From Camelus dromedarius (Eukaryota), in assembly GCF_036321535.1 (NCBI RefSeq), contig NC_087436.1, forward strand, positions 26,972,001 through 27,036,000: a stretch of DNA of 64,000 bases, in the 5' to 3' direction. Position numbers and translations under genes: made by a program. The notes under the pieces were generated by a model. It saw only the letters and a list, made by a program, of their open reading frames with translations, did no database searches and had not been told where the DNA came from. Shown piece after piece: positions 51,540 through 64,000 of the stretch. How positions within the stretch are numbered: position 1 is the first letter of the stretch; every line of letters begins with the position of its first letter.

Positions 51540-51800
51540 TTACCCTCCAGAGTTGGAAGGCAAATATCAAACCAAATGAAAAAAAAGTGAAATTGTATAC
51601 TATTTTAATGGTGATAAAGCTGAGGAGAAAAAGTGAAGCAAGCAAAATACGGGAGTGTTGTGATAGAAGGTTACAATGTTAGATAGATGGCCTCACTAAG
51701 TAACATTTGAGGAAAGAAACATTAGCCAAGAGGAAATGCTGGATTTTACCGTTCCAGTTAGAAAGTACAGAATGTCGAAAATCTCTAAAACAAGACAGTG
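51540..51800 (-). mobile_element. L2 remnant
   Basis: accctccagagtt...ggtgataaagctgaggagaaaaa...ggcctcactaagtaacatttgag. Confidence 0.5.
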
Positions 51801-52484
51801 CCCAATTCCTTCAAAAAAGAGAACAAAACATGGCTCCAACTGGAGATGATTTTTCTTTGCTTTGAATATTTTACCCCAATCTTCCTCTATCTGGTTAATT
51901 ATTCATTATTCAGATTAAACTCCTCTGAAAACCTTACTGTTCATTCATTTGTTCAACAAATACCCATTTTATTCTATGTCAAATATCGCAGATTGTCCCC
52001 CAAACTACAGTGAAAAATGATTAGAATAAGGAAAAAAAAAAAGCATGACAAAAACATGTTTCTGAAGCGACATGGGGAAGTATTTCAAAATAATAGAATA
52101 TATTTGATTATTTGCTGGAGACTGACAGGGCAGTAGGAGATGGAGCTGGAAAGATTTTTTTTTAGGGATTTTGTGTGTCCTCTCATTTCTGTTCATCTCT
52201 GGCTGCGTATAAAAATATCCTCCGCTAACTTTTTGGGGATGGAAAAGAATTTCAAATTTGCCTCATCCCTGTTATCTTCATCTCTTAGTACTGAATCTTT
52301 GTGTATATAGTCAGTGACAAACTCAAGTATTTAACTATTGGTGCCACATTTTAATTTTCTAATATAGTCCTCAAATCTTAAAATTATAATATAAAAATGC
52401 TCTCTATGGGTGGTCATATTTTGGAAATAGTTTTTCATCAAATCATTTCTCCGGAAATAAAACTCTTGGAACTGTTTTTTTCCA

Positions 52485-52562
52485 TGTTTCCTTCTTTCTC
52501 TCCTCTCCCTCTTTCCTTCCTACCTTTTCCTTCCTTTCTCCTTTCCTTCCGTTCTTCTTTTT
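52485..52562. repeat. Polypyrimidine (TTCC/CT)-rich tract
   Basis: ttccttctttctctcctctccctctttccttcctaccttttccttcctttctcctttccttcc. Confidence 0.8.
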
Positions 52563-53799
52563 GCTTTGTTATCTTTTCAAGATAGGATAAATAAAATTGG
52601 ATTTATCTATCAGTTGGTTAGCATATTTTTTAAAATTTTCTATAAAATACACACTGAAGCTAGACTGTTTTCTTTATTTGTGCCCTGAATTAATGAAACG
52701 TTTGCTCCTGCTGGGAGAATATAATCTTTAGGATTAATTTCAACATTGACAGATAAACATTCAAATAGATTAAATTTCTCCATAAATTCCACAATATACT
52801 TTAAAGCTCAGGAATATAGAAGGTAGATTTCACCTATTGACATTAACTTTTATTGATGAAAAGAGTTTGAAATATAATGATATTATAAAAGAAAGAAATG
52901 ATCATTGTGACATAAAGTAACAAACAAGTGGGTTTGTGACATTTAGTGCAAACAGATGGACTTTTATTTTGTGTATATATAGTACTTAGAACCTAGCCTG
53001 ATATGACTGATCCTAAATACTTACTAAAACCACCTATAAATTTCAGTTCTTCAGTCATCTAGAGAATCAACTCTATTGTGTTTCTCTAGATTGGCTGCAT
53101 TCATGGACCATTACGTTCTGAAGAGAGGGTTTCATTGTATAATAAAATAATTCTATAAACCCAGGGTTATATGGGACATTTCTCAATATCATTCTTATGT
53201 ATATATCATGATTTACACTTATGAATAAACTGTGACAACAAAAACATACTGTTTTTAAACATTTACAAATAAAACAAACTCCCCAAGTTCTAATTCAAGA
53301 AATATTCAATTTAAAAGATAGCTGTGCTATAAAAAATGGTAACTCTGAAAAGATTTGCTTGTAATTTAGGATCAACCTTTCCATTGGTGTCTATTATAGC
53401 ATTATCATACATAACAAGTGTTTGGAATAGTTATTTTAGGAGGTATAATTTTGTTATTTGTAAGTTGGAATGATCACTGTAATATATGTGTACATTTTGC
53501 ATATATATCTACATATATACACATAAATATATATTTTTAAATGTATAGTATATGTGCATTATACATCTTGAAAAGCTAGTATCTAAAGTACTTATTGTAG
53601 GCTAAATCCCATTTATTGCCCAACAATGTCAGTGTGTTATTGAGGTTGTCTAGATATAGTTACATGTATTTTGAAAAGATGTACTTAGCCGTAATATTTT
53701 CAAAAGCAATGTCAATTAATAAGAATATACGTATTTCTTTATAAAGTCATTGAAAACTTTCCATGATTGTAATTACTTGTCTAAAATATAAGATAAGAT

Positions 53800-54312
53800 A
53801 GAGAAGGTGTTCAGAGCATGTCATTCCAAAATATGCCAATTTGATATATTGATTATTTTGATTTAAAGGCATTTGAGAAATTACAAATCTAAGAAAATCC
53901 TCCTTTTCTTCCTGAAAGTAAGAGAAAAAACTCCCATATGAAAGGTGCCTTTCCTATACTAGCAGGAAGGAAGATACTGTTATTATAAGAGATGGGGTAT
54001 TGGGGCTGAGAAATCTGTTCACACAAACCTTGTTAAACTACCTTTATCTTCCTAATTACTTCTCCACAATTACCCCTATTCCAAACACTTTATCCTATCA
54101 TTTCTCTATAAATTTACTGTTCTTTGTTGAAAATGCTATATAAGCTGGAATTCTAAGCCACCATTTTGAGTTGCTTTTGGTTTAGGTTTCTTCCACGTGA
54201 TGTGGGCTGCATGTGTTAATGAACTATCTTTCTCTGTTAATTTGTCTTTCTGTTACAGGTGTCTCAGCCAGGAACTCAGAGGGGTAGGGGAAAATTAGCT
54301 TTCTTCTCTGCA
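53800..54312 (+). mobile_element. ERV1 solo LTR (MER34-like)
   Basis: ccaaaatatgccaatttgatatattgattattttg..., TATATAA at 54137-54143, 3' end ctctgttaatttgtcttt...aggggaaaattagctttcttctctgca. Confidence 0.82.
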
Positions 54313-55130
54313 AGGGAAACCCACATAGGTGGGCAGAGCACCAGAGCCAAGTTTGCCTTGAGGTAAGTTACAGAAGCTGGTTTGGGCTTTAGTTTTCTTT
54401 GCTTTACCAGCTTCTGGGAATAGAGAGCAACTCTGCAAACCAAGAGAAGGTCAAATAAAACACAATTCCATTAAAACTGAGAACCCACAGATTTATCCCC
54501 TCTGAAAGTACATAAGTCCCACCTCCAGTCTTTTTTTTTTTTTTTGAACATTTTTATTGATTTATAATCATTTTACAATGTTGTATCAAATTCCAGTGTA
54601 GAGCACAATTTTTCAGTTATACATGAACATATATATATTCATTGTCACATTTTTTTCTCTGTGAGCTACCATAAGATTTTGTGTATATATCCCTGTGCTA
54701 TACAGTATAATCTTGTTTATCTATTCTACAATTTTGAAATCCCAGTCTATCCCTCCCCACCCCTCGCCCCCTTGGCAACCACAAGTATGTATTCTATGTC
54801 TATGAGTCTGTTTCTGTTTTGTATTTATGCTTTGTTTGTTTGTTTGTTTTAGATTCCACATATGAGCGATCTCATATGGTATTTTTCTTTCTCTTTCTGG
54901 CTTACTTCACTTAGAATGACATTCTCCAGGAGCATACGTGTTGCTGCAAATGGCGTTATGTTGTCAGTTTTTATGGCTGAATAATATTCCATTGTATAAA
55001 TATACCACTTCTTCTTTATCTAGTCATCTGTTGATGGACATTTAGGTTGTTTCCATGTCTTGGCTATTGTAAATAATGCAGCTATGAACATTGGGGTGCA
55101 GGTGTCATCCTGAAGTAGGGTTCCTTCTGG

Positions 55131-58100
55131 TTATATGCCCAGGAGCGGGATTCCTGGGTCATGCGGTGAGTCTATTCCTAGTCTTCTGAGGAATCTCCAT
55201 ACTGTTTTCCACAGTGGCTGCACCAAACTGCATTCCCACCAGCAGTGTAGGAGGGTTCCCTTTTCTCCACAGCCTCTCCAGCCTTTATCATTTATGGATT
55301 TTTGAATGATGGCCATTCTGACTGGTGTGAGGTAACACCTCATTGTAGTTTTGATTTGCATTTCTCTGATAATTAGTGATATTGAGCATTTTTTCATGTG
55401 TCTATTGATCATTTGTATGTCTTCTTTGGAGAATTGCTTGTTTAAGTCTTCTGCCCATTTTTGGATTGAGTTGTTTGTTTTTTTCTTATTAAGTCGTATG
55501 AGCTGCTTATATATTCTGGGGATCAAACCTTTGTCGGTTTCATTTGCAAAAATTTTCTCCCATTCCATAGGTTGTCTTTTTGTTTTACTTGTGATTTCCT
55601 TTGCTGTGCAGAAGCTTGTAAGTTTCATTAGGTCCCATTTGTTTATTCTTGCTTTTATTTCTATTGCTTGAGTAGACTGTTCTAGGAGAACATTTTTGAG
55701 ATGTATGTCAGATAATGTTTTGCCTATATTTTCTTCAAGGAGGTTTATTGTATCTTGTCTTACGTGTAAGTCTTTGATCCATTTTGAGTTGATTTTTGTA
55801 TATGGTGTAAAGGAGTGTTCTAGCTTCATTGCTGTACATGCTGCTGTCCAGTTTTCCCAACACCATCTGCTGAAGAGACTGTCTTTATTCCACTGTATAT
55901 TCTTGCCTCCTTTGTCGAAGATGAGTTGACCAAAAGTTTGTGGGTTCATTTCTGGGCTCTCTATTCTGTTCCATTGGTCTATATGTCTGTTTTTGTACCA
56001 ATACCATGCTGTCTTGATGACTGTAGCTCTATAGTATTGTCTGAAGTCTGGGAGAGTTATTCCTCCAGCCTCTTTCTTTCTCTTCAGTAATGCTTTGGCA
56101 ATTCTAGATCTTTGATGCTTCCATAAAATTTTGTTATGATTTGTTCTAGTTCTGTGAAATATGTCCTGGGTAATTGGATAGGGATTGCATTAAATCTGTA
56201 AATTGCCTTGGGCAGTGTGACCATTTTAACAATATTGATTCTTCCAATCCAAGAGCATGGGATATCTTTCCATTTTTTAAAATTGTCTTTAATTTCCTTC
56301 ATCAATGGTTTATAGTTTTCTGTGTGTAATTCTTTCACCTCCTTGGTTAGATTTATTCCTAGGTATTTTATTACTTTGGGTGCTATTTTAAAGGGGATTG
56401 TTTCTTTACTTTCTTTTTCTGTTGATTCATCCTTAGTGTGAAGAAATGCCACTGATTTTTGAATGTTAATCTTGTAACCTGCTACCTTGGTGAATTCTTC
56501 GATCAGCTCTAGAAGTTTTTGTGTGGACCTTTTAGGGTCTTCTATATATAGTAACATCGTCAGCATATACTGACACTTTTACCTCTTCTTTTCCAATTTG
56601 GATCCCTTTTATTTCTCTCTCTTGCCTGATTGCTGTGGCTAGGACTTCCAAGACTATGTTGAATAGGAGTGGTGATAGTGGGCATCCTTGTCTTCTCCCA
56701 GATTTTAGTGGGAAGCTTTTGAGTTTTTCACTGTTGAGTACTATGCTGGCTGTAGGTTTGTCATATATAGCTTTTATAATGTTGAGATATGTTCCCTCTA
56801 TATATAGCTTTTATAATGTTGAGATATGTTCCCTCACTTTGGTGAGAGTTTTTATCATAAATGGGTGTTGAATTTTATCAAATGCTTTTTCTGCATTGAT
56901 TGAGATGATCATGTGGTTTTTGTCCTTTCTCTCGTTGATGTGATGTATTACATTGATTGATTTGCATATGTTGAACCACCCTTCTGTCCCTGGGATGGAC
57001 CCCACTTGGTCATGATGTATAATCTTTTTTATGTGTTGTTGCATTCTATTTGCTAATATTTTGGTGAGGATTTTGGCGTCTATGTTCATCAGTGATATTG
57101 CCGTATAATTCTTTTTTTTTGGTAGTGTCTTTGCCTGGTTTTGGTATCAGGATGATGATGGTGGCTTCATAGAATGAGTTTGGGAGTATTCCCTACTTTT
57201 CAATCTTCTGGAAGAGTTTGAGAAGGACTGGTATGAGTTCTTCTTTGTATGTTTGGTAGAATTCCCCGGTGAAGCCGTCCAGTCCTGGACTTTTATTTGT
57301 AGGGAGGTTTTTTATTGCTATTCTGGTTTCATTTCTAGTGATCAGATTGTTCAAGTGGTCAGTTTCTTCTTGATTCAGTCTTGGTGGACTGTATGTTTCC
57401 AGAAACTTGTTGATCTCCTCTAGGTTATCCAGTTTGGTTCCATATGGTTTTTCATAATACTCTCGTATGATAGTCTGTATTTCTATTTTATTTGTTGTAA
57501 TTTCTCCATTTTCCTTTCTTATTTTGCTAATTTGTGCTCTTTTTTCTTCTTTGTGAGTTTGGCCAGAGGTTTGTCGATTTTATTTACTTTTTCAAAAAAA
57601 CAGCTTTTGGTTTGATTGATTTTTCTATGGTTTTTTTTTAATCTCTATTTTATTTATTTCCTCCCTAATCTTTATAATTTCCTTCCTTCTGCTACCTTTT
57701 GGGGTTTTTTTGTTCTTCTTTTTCTAGTTCTTTTAGCTGGTGGGTTAAATTGTTTATTTGAGATTGTTCTTTTTTGAGGAAGGCCTGTATTGCTATAAAC
57801 TTCCTTCTTAGCACTGCCTTTGCTGTGTCCCATAGATTTTGAGTGGTTGTGCTTTCATTGTCATTTGTCTCAAGGTATTTTTTAATTTCAACTTTAATTT
57901 CCTCATTGACTCATTGGTTTTTTAATAGCATATTGTTTAATCTCCATAGTTTCCTTTTTTTCTCCTTTGTTTCTCTGTTGTTGATTTCTAGTTTCATGGC
58001 ACTGTGGTCAGTAAACATGCTTGAGACAATTTCTATCTTCTTAAAATTGTTGAGGTTTCTTCTGTGCCCAAGTACATGATCAATCCTTGAAAATGTTCCA

Positions 58101-58690
58101 TGTGCAGTTGAAAAGAATGTATATCCTATTTTTGGGGGGGTGTAATGCTCTGAAAATATCCACCAAATCTAAGTTTTCTATTGTATTATTTAATTTCTCT
58201 GTTGCCTTATTTATTTTCTGTCTGGAAGATCTGTCTAGTGTTGTTAATGCAGTGTTAAAATCTCCAACTATGATTGTATTCCCATCAATATCCCCCTTTA
58301 TCTCTGTTAGTAATTGCTTTATGTACTTAGGTGCTCCTATATTGGATATATATATATATTGAGTGTAATATCCTTATCTTGTATTACTCCTTTAATCATT
58401 ATAAAATGTCCTTCTTTATCTTTCTTTATGGCCTTTGTTTTAAAGTCTATTTTTGTCTGAAATCAGTACTGCTACACCTGCTTTTTTTGGCTTTTCCATT
58501 TGCATGAAATATCCTTTCCCATCCTTTCACTCTCAATCTATAAGTGTCCTCCCTAAAGTGGGTCTCTTGTATGCAGCATATTGAAGGTTCTTGCTTTATT
58601 ATCCAGTCTGCTACTTTATGTCTTTTGACTGGAGCATTTAGTACATTAACATTTACAGTAATTAATGATAGATGTGTGTTTATTGGCCAT
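55131..58690 (-). pseudogene. L1 ORF2p (endonuclease, RT, C-terminal cysteine-rich region), frameshifted
   Basis: ATG at 58690 followed by an early frameshift, then EN motif LSLITVNVN.LNAPVKR...CCIQETH. RT blocks [13 protein letters not shown] and [21 protein letters not shown] at 56556-56567. C-terminal [17 protein letters not shown]. Confidence 0.95.
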
Positions 58691-59093
58691 TTTGAACTTA
58701 TCTTTGCAGTTGATTTGGTATTTCCTCCTTGTTCCTTTCTTCTTCCTTTTGTTGTTTGGTAATTTTCCTTTGTATTATCATGGATTTTGTTTAGTTTGTG
58801 TGACTCCCTTGTAAGTTTTTGGCTTGTGGTTACCCTTTTTTGTAAGTCTATTAGCCCATTACTATAACTGTTTTTATTAAACTCTTAGTAACATGATCTC
58901 AAACCTATCCTACAAAGAACGAAAAATTTTAAAAAGAAAGAAAAAAATCTATATTTTCCTGCCTCCCTCTCCCACTCTCAATGATTTAGATGTCTTGTTT
59001 TACAATTTCGTGTTTATTTTATTTGTAATTCATAAGTTATCACCTTTCCAGTTGTGAGTTTCTCATTTCTGTAGCATCCTGCTGCTTTTCTAT

Positions 59094-59591
59094 TTAGAGT
59101 AGACCTTTCAATATTTCTTTTAGCATGGGTTTAGTGTAGCTAAACTCTTGTAGCTTTTTCTTGTCTGTGAAGTTCTTTATGTCTCCTTCTATCCTGAAGG
59201 ATAGCCTTGCTGGATAAAGTATCCTAGGCTGCATCTTTGTTTCATTCAGGACTTTGAATATATCTTGCCACTCCCTTCTGACCTGTAGTGTTTGTGTAGA
59301 GAAATCAGCTGAGAGCCTTATGGAGGTTCCCTTGAAACTCACTCTTTGCTTTTCTCTTGCTGCCTTTAGGATCATTTCTTTATTCTTGACTCTGGCCATC
59401 TTGATTATGATATGTCTTGGTGTGAGTCTGTTTGGGTTTTTCCTGTTTGGGACCCTCTGAGCTTCCTGTACTTGGATATCTGATTCCTTCTTTAAGTTTG
59501 GGAAGTTTTCAATCATGATTTCTTCCGATACCTTTTCAATCCCCTTTGACTTTCTTTCCCTTCTGGGACCCCTATTATGCGAAGATTGGCA
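59094..59591 (-). pseudogene. L1 ORF1p C-terminal half (RRM + CTD), truncated
   Basis: ENFPNL...QEAQRVP...PRHIIIK...ILKAAREK...IRLSADFS...QPRILYPARLSF...KEILKGLL. Confidence 0.95.
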
Positions 59592-59607
59592 CCCACCTCC
59601 AGTCTTT

Positions 59608-59900
59608 AATGACTGCAAGGAAGGTGTTACTGAATAGTCATAGAGTTAAATTAATCATCCTTGTGAAGTTATCATCATAAATATGCCCTAATGTAGACTT
59701 GCAATACAGATCCATATTATCTATGTTGAAAACATAGATAAAATAAGACAAAAAGCACCAATCCATGTATTTAATTTGAATGGTCTTGGACTAATAGTTG
59801 CCCAGTGCCTGAAAGATGCAAACACCTATCCATTCTGGAGGAATAATTTATTCTCCAAGGCTTGAAATAATTTTCACACTTTTTCACTGAATGTCACACA
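59608..59900 (+). mobile_element. Ancient L1 5' UTR remnant, probably continuous with 54313-54517 and split by the young L1
   Basis: aatggtcttggactaatagttgcccagtgcctg...gatgcaaacacctatccattctggagga. Confidence 0.5.
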
Positions 59901-60199
59901 CAGAAAAGTCTTGGTATAAGTGTATATCTTTTTCTTGTCTATAAATATGGAGGGAGGTGGATGAAGGAAAGGAACATAATGTTACACTATAGGAAATTGG
60001 GGTATATTATCTAAAATGGAAAAATCGGGAAATAGTAAAATAACATGCATAGGAAACTCACTAAATGAACTAAATTCAATATAGTGTAACTCAGGGAGAA
60101 AAACTTCTTTAGCTGTCTCTTTCTATATACTATGTAGATTATTTCTTCACCACTTTTAAAAGAACTCTTCTGCAGGCCTCATAGTTTTTGCATAAAGTA

Positions 60200-60560
60200 G
60201 TGTCACTTTCATCCACAAGAAGGATCTACTCTGTTTAAAAAATGTCCATTCCAATATCATATTCATATAACTCTATACCTTTGCTCACTTTAACTCTTAT
60301 TTCCTCTTCCAATCCACCTCAAACCTATGAATCTTTAATAGGAGTGAGGGGAAGCAGGAATTGGTTTTCAGTCTCACAATTGTACCTCCTCACCATCCCT
60401 AAATTCTGTCCACTTCTCTGCAATCCACCTGAGGGCCCCTACTCCAGATTATTGTCGTCTCCTGCCTGAAACTGTAAACCACTTTTCATATTTCAAATTT
60501 AACTCCCTGGAACTTATTCTCCATGATACAGCCAGGGAAAATTATTATCTAAAACTTTTA
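60200..60560 (+). mobile_element. L2 remnant
   Basis: aattctgtccacttctctgc...tctcctgcctg...ttattctccatgatacagccagggaaaattattatctaaaac. Confidence 0.55.
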
Positions 60561-62289
60561 TATTTTCTTTGGGAAATAAGAGGGCATCTTATGAACAAAA
60601 GTGAAGGGGAAAGTGGCAGGGTCATGAATGAAAAGAACCAAGAAAGTTTAAAATGAGCAAAGGAGGTTTTAAAAAAAAGTAGGAGTGAGGGAAACAAGCA
60701 AAAGTTATGTCAACGACTTAACTGATACCCATCCAGAATACATTTGCATTGAAACAAATCTAAGTTTACTTAGTTTGTTATAGCAAGTTGAAGCCCACAC
60801 CAGGGAAGAACAAGAGACATTTTAATAAGGAGAAGTTGAGAGGCGCTTAAGAAAGGCTTTAAAAAGAGGGAACCATTTCTGAATTTGAAGCAGTATTAAT
60901 CTGATGATGGGATATCCCAATAATCTTTATCTAAGGGCAGGGATATTAAAGCATGACAAGGTTTGCCATTGGTAAAGAAGCGGAGATCACTTTAAAATGA
61001 GGATGATATGCATTGAAAGGGGAGAGTCTTTGGTAATTGTGCCTGTGCCAGCCCAATTTTCATGTTGGATTGCCCCCAGTGTCCATTTCTGTTTCCTTCA
61101 AAGGAAAAAGAAAAAGGATTGACTGGAAGCATTCATCACCTAATTGATCTGGAGACCATAAATTAGCAATGTCACAACTTTACCTGCTTTTATAATAGAG
61201 GTGAAACATTGGAAAACACCTGATTAATCTTAAATGGATATTTTGTCAAGTGAGATAACTGAAATGAATGGGGCAAAGAAAGTTAGAAAAGTGACAAGAT
61301 TTAGGTAGACTGATATACTATGAAATATTCATCAAATATGGAAGAAAATGAAGACAGGAGGAATCTGATCAGCAGAAATACAAGAGAGATTTGAGTTCTT
61401 TGGGAATTTGACAATAGGTATAGGCAAAAATAATGCTGTGTAGGAATGGAATAACAGCATTCATATTTTACTAATGGGAACCCTCTGGATGCTGACTAGG
61501 TCCATGATGTAGTCATGCTAACTGAGGGTGAACTGAGGAAGATTAATAGCACGAGAGATGATGTCTAGTCATGTTCAAGTTTCTCAGCTTGATGCCAGTG
61601 TGGAAAAAGCAGACATAAACCCAGTACTCACTGATTTAATGAATGAGAAAGAATGAAAGGGATCTCAGTATAAAAAAAATAAAAAGATTGAGAAACTTTA
61701 TCTTCTTAAAGAAGTCTAAAGAACAATGACAAATGATGACATCATGTGATTCTGGAGCAGATAAAAATAGCATTAGCAGGACAACTGATTAAAGTCAAAT
61801 AAAATCTATATATTATATAAATAGTATTTTATGAAGGTTAATTTTGTGATATGTATTATTAAATGGTGATTATTTAAGATAATGTCCTTTCAAAAAACAC
61901 ACAATTATATAGGCAATTAATCAAATGTAAATTAGCAACTCATTTACAACTTACACATACATGTGTGTATGTGCATGTTTATGCACATATGTTTTGTAAA
62001 ATACATAGATAGAATATGAATGAAATTTGTAAGAGTTTTCTCTTTAATATTTTTTCAAATGTAGTGTAAGTTTAAGGTATTTCAAAATAAAAAGGTAAAA
62101 ATAAATCTGAGGAGAACATGGGGCGCAGCATGCTGCCATGAACCTCAAATTCACAGATTCATTTACGTAAGTGAAGAGAAGTGAAGAGGTCATGACTTAG
62201 AAAGAACATCATGGCAGCAGGGATCAAAGAGGATGCTTACAATACTTCCTGACACCCAATTTTGTGGAATGTGGAAAATGAGCCACCCC

Positions 62290-62401
62290 AGGGAGAGGGG
62301 TGCAAAGACGGTAATAGCTCAGCACCCTTTTAGTATGCATGATATTCAGGATTCAATCCCCAGTACTTCCATTTTTTAAAAAAAGTATTAAAAAAAAGAA
62401 A
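62290..62401 (+). mobile_element. Short tRNA-derived SINE (camelid Vic-1-like), degenerate
   Basis: A-box-like tagctcag 62315-62322, B-box-like ggattcaatcc 62349-62359, ccccagtacttcc, A-rich tail. TSD-like gaaaatgagccacccc (62274-62289) / ggaaatgagcaacctc (62402-62417). Confidence 0.75.
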
Positions 62402-63559
62402 GGAAATGAGCAACCTCTACTTGAGAGAGCTTAAGATAAAGTGCTGTATTCAGGAAAATGGTAAACTAAAATTATTTTATTACTATTATTGGAATAGAGA
62501 CTAGATTCTCAAGCAAAGATAAAGGTAAGCTCATATATGAATAAATTGATTTTTTTCAGTTAGTATTGAAATTAAACATACATTATGTAGTTATTGTTTC
62601 TGTGTGAAACTAAGTGGCTCCTATTGGGACTGGGCATAGATACTTGGCCTCATTATACCAACGAACTGAGCCAAATGCCCAGACCCAGTAAGCCTACACT
62701 CTACAAACTGAGTGATTAACAGTATGGATTTGGGGAAAAGAAATTGATAAATTAGTAAAATAGGTCCCAGTTTGGAAAACATAACCCAGTGAGAGTAAAG
62801 TAAATAATGCACTCAAATTTCAACTAAAATAATATTTTTTTTACGCTTGATTTAATTTTAAGTCCAGGTTTTATTAATTCAATTCCACGATGACTGTAGC
62901 ATATTATGAAGATGAAACAAAATGCAATTTAAACTTGATTTTCCTACTTTCTGTATTCTGCATTGTCTATTTTGAAGATAATATCTAAATTTAATCTTAC
63001 TGTACAAATAGCAGTGAAATAGAAATTTAAAAATAGTGCAACCTCTCTATTTGTCTGAATATAGGGAGCATAGTAATTAATAAAAGTATTTTAACTGGTT
63101 AAATTTATTTTTAAATGTAATTATGTGGAGTTAGATGATGTATTTATTTGGAGTTGGATGGAACAGTTGACCATATTCTAACATTCAATTAAGTATTCCT
63201 GTGGCATAAATCAAATTATTAATTTTGAAATTACTTCTTGAAAAATGCTTTGTTTATAAGTGATAAACCCAAATTATTTTGACAGCATTCTGTAATTTGT
63301 CCTGTGGCTTCTCCTGAGAACTGAAATTACTCAATATCTTAGTGAATGTTAACTCATTATCAGGTAGTGTCTTGGACAAAGTTATTAGGGGACAATTAAA
63401 ATTGTCTTAGATTTCAAGGATATTGACGTACATTCGAGGACATGCTGTATGAAAGATGTGTTCTATGACACTGAAAACATATCAGTCAGAGTCCCAGCTG
63501 GAGGCGTATGATATATGCAAATTAAGGTAATCTGAAGTTTTTTTTTTCTTTTTAATATG

Positions 63560-63960
63560 GGGATTCCTTATAAAGATGTTAGTGAGGTGGAGTGGAATCT
63601 TAAATGTCAGTGCAGATTCCAGCACTAACAGAAATGGAAAAAAATGAAGGGAGGGTGGGGTTATGGATACATAGGAAAGAAATGGCTTTGAAGATTTGTC
63701 GTCTGTATTCAAGGAATACAGCCAGCTGGTGTTGACTCTCTTGGGAGGGATCCTGAGGCTAGTTTTCCTGACCTATCTCTCCTTCATCCTTCAGTGTTCC
63801 TCTTGAAGCTCACCATTGATGCAGCTCAACCAGAAGCCAGAGGGCCTGAGAGTCCTGCAGACATAGCCCGCATGTGTGGCTGTCTTGGGTCAAGAGCAGG
63901 GCTGGCAAGGTAGGAAAGTGGACGTGGAGGAAGAAGCAAGAAACAGCTATATTTAGAAGA
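63560..63960 (-). mobile_element. Old MaLR LTR (MLT1H-like)
   Basis: ccattgatgcagctcaaccagaagccagagggcctgagagtcc...cagggctggcaaggtaggaaagtggacgtggagg. Confidence 0.6.
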
Positions 63961-64000
63961 GTTTGAGCATTGATGAACAACCCAATAAGAATAATTTTCT

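Larger units (their letters stand above)
54534..59591 (-). mobile_element. Young lineage-specific LINE-1, ~5.06 kb, 5'-truncated within ORF1
   Basis: Perfect 16-bp TSD cccacctccagtcttt (54518-54533 / 59592-59607) followed by aa, poly(T) to 54545 and tttatt at 54553-54558. ORF1 and ORF2 fragments are in order. Confidence 0.98.

Noticed and set aside
60650..61010. Possible additional old LTR
   Set aside because: Composition is suggestive, but I could not support termini, a TSD or a family motif.
62310..62370. tRNA gene
   Set aside because: No cloverleaf can be formed; the A tail and TSD indicate a SINE.
1..64000. Prokaryotic-type systems (CRISPR array, operons, defence islands), rRNA, NUMT or processed pseudogene
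   Set aside because: The sequence is clearly mammalian repeat-rich DNA. I found no regularly spaced repeat-spacer array, long non-L1 ORF, or mitochondrial or rRNA similarity.

Overview
AT-rich, repeat-dense eutherian mammalian genomic DNA, intergenic or deep intronic. It is probably camelid (inference from a short tRNA-derived SINE at ~62.3 kb and the young L1 3' UTRs, with no Alu, B1/B2, Bov-tA/BovB, PRE-1 or SINEC recognised). I recognise no host protein-coding exon. The protein-like ORFs are decayed LINE-1 ORF1/ORF2 pieces or their antisense shadows. The window contains a young 5'-truncated ~5 kb L1 with a perfect 16-bp TSD (54534-59591, minus) and an internally deleted L1 (1-2139). It also contains a 5'-inverted (twin-primed) L1 (7601-8148), many older L1/L2/MIR fragments, several solo LTRs, a MaLR/ERVL internal remnant with a decayed RT motif, and a MER58-like DNA element. 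The most notable non-repeat signal is one compact CpG cluster at ~17.19-17.34 kb. It carries a GC box, an inverted CRE-like half-site pair, a perfect TCTCGCGAGA (BANP/ZBTB33) palindrome and splice donors pointing in both directions, and sits between an old L1 5' remnant and a CpG-retaining LTR. It is a candidate TE-embedded bidirectional promoter for unannotated spliced transcripts. Repeat family names are from recall of consensus features, not database searches, and boundaries of old elements are approximate.
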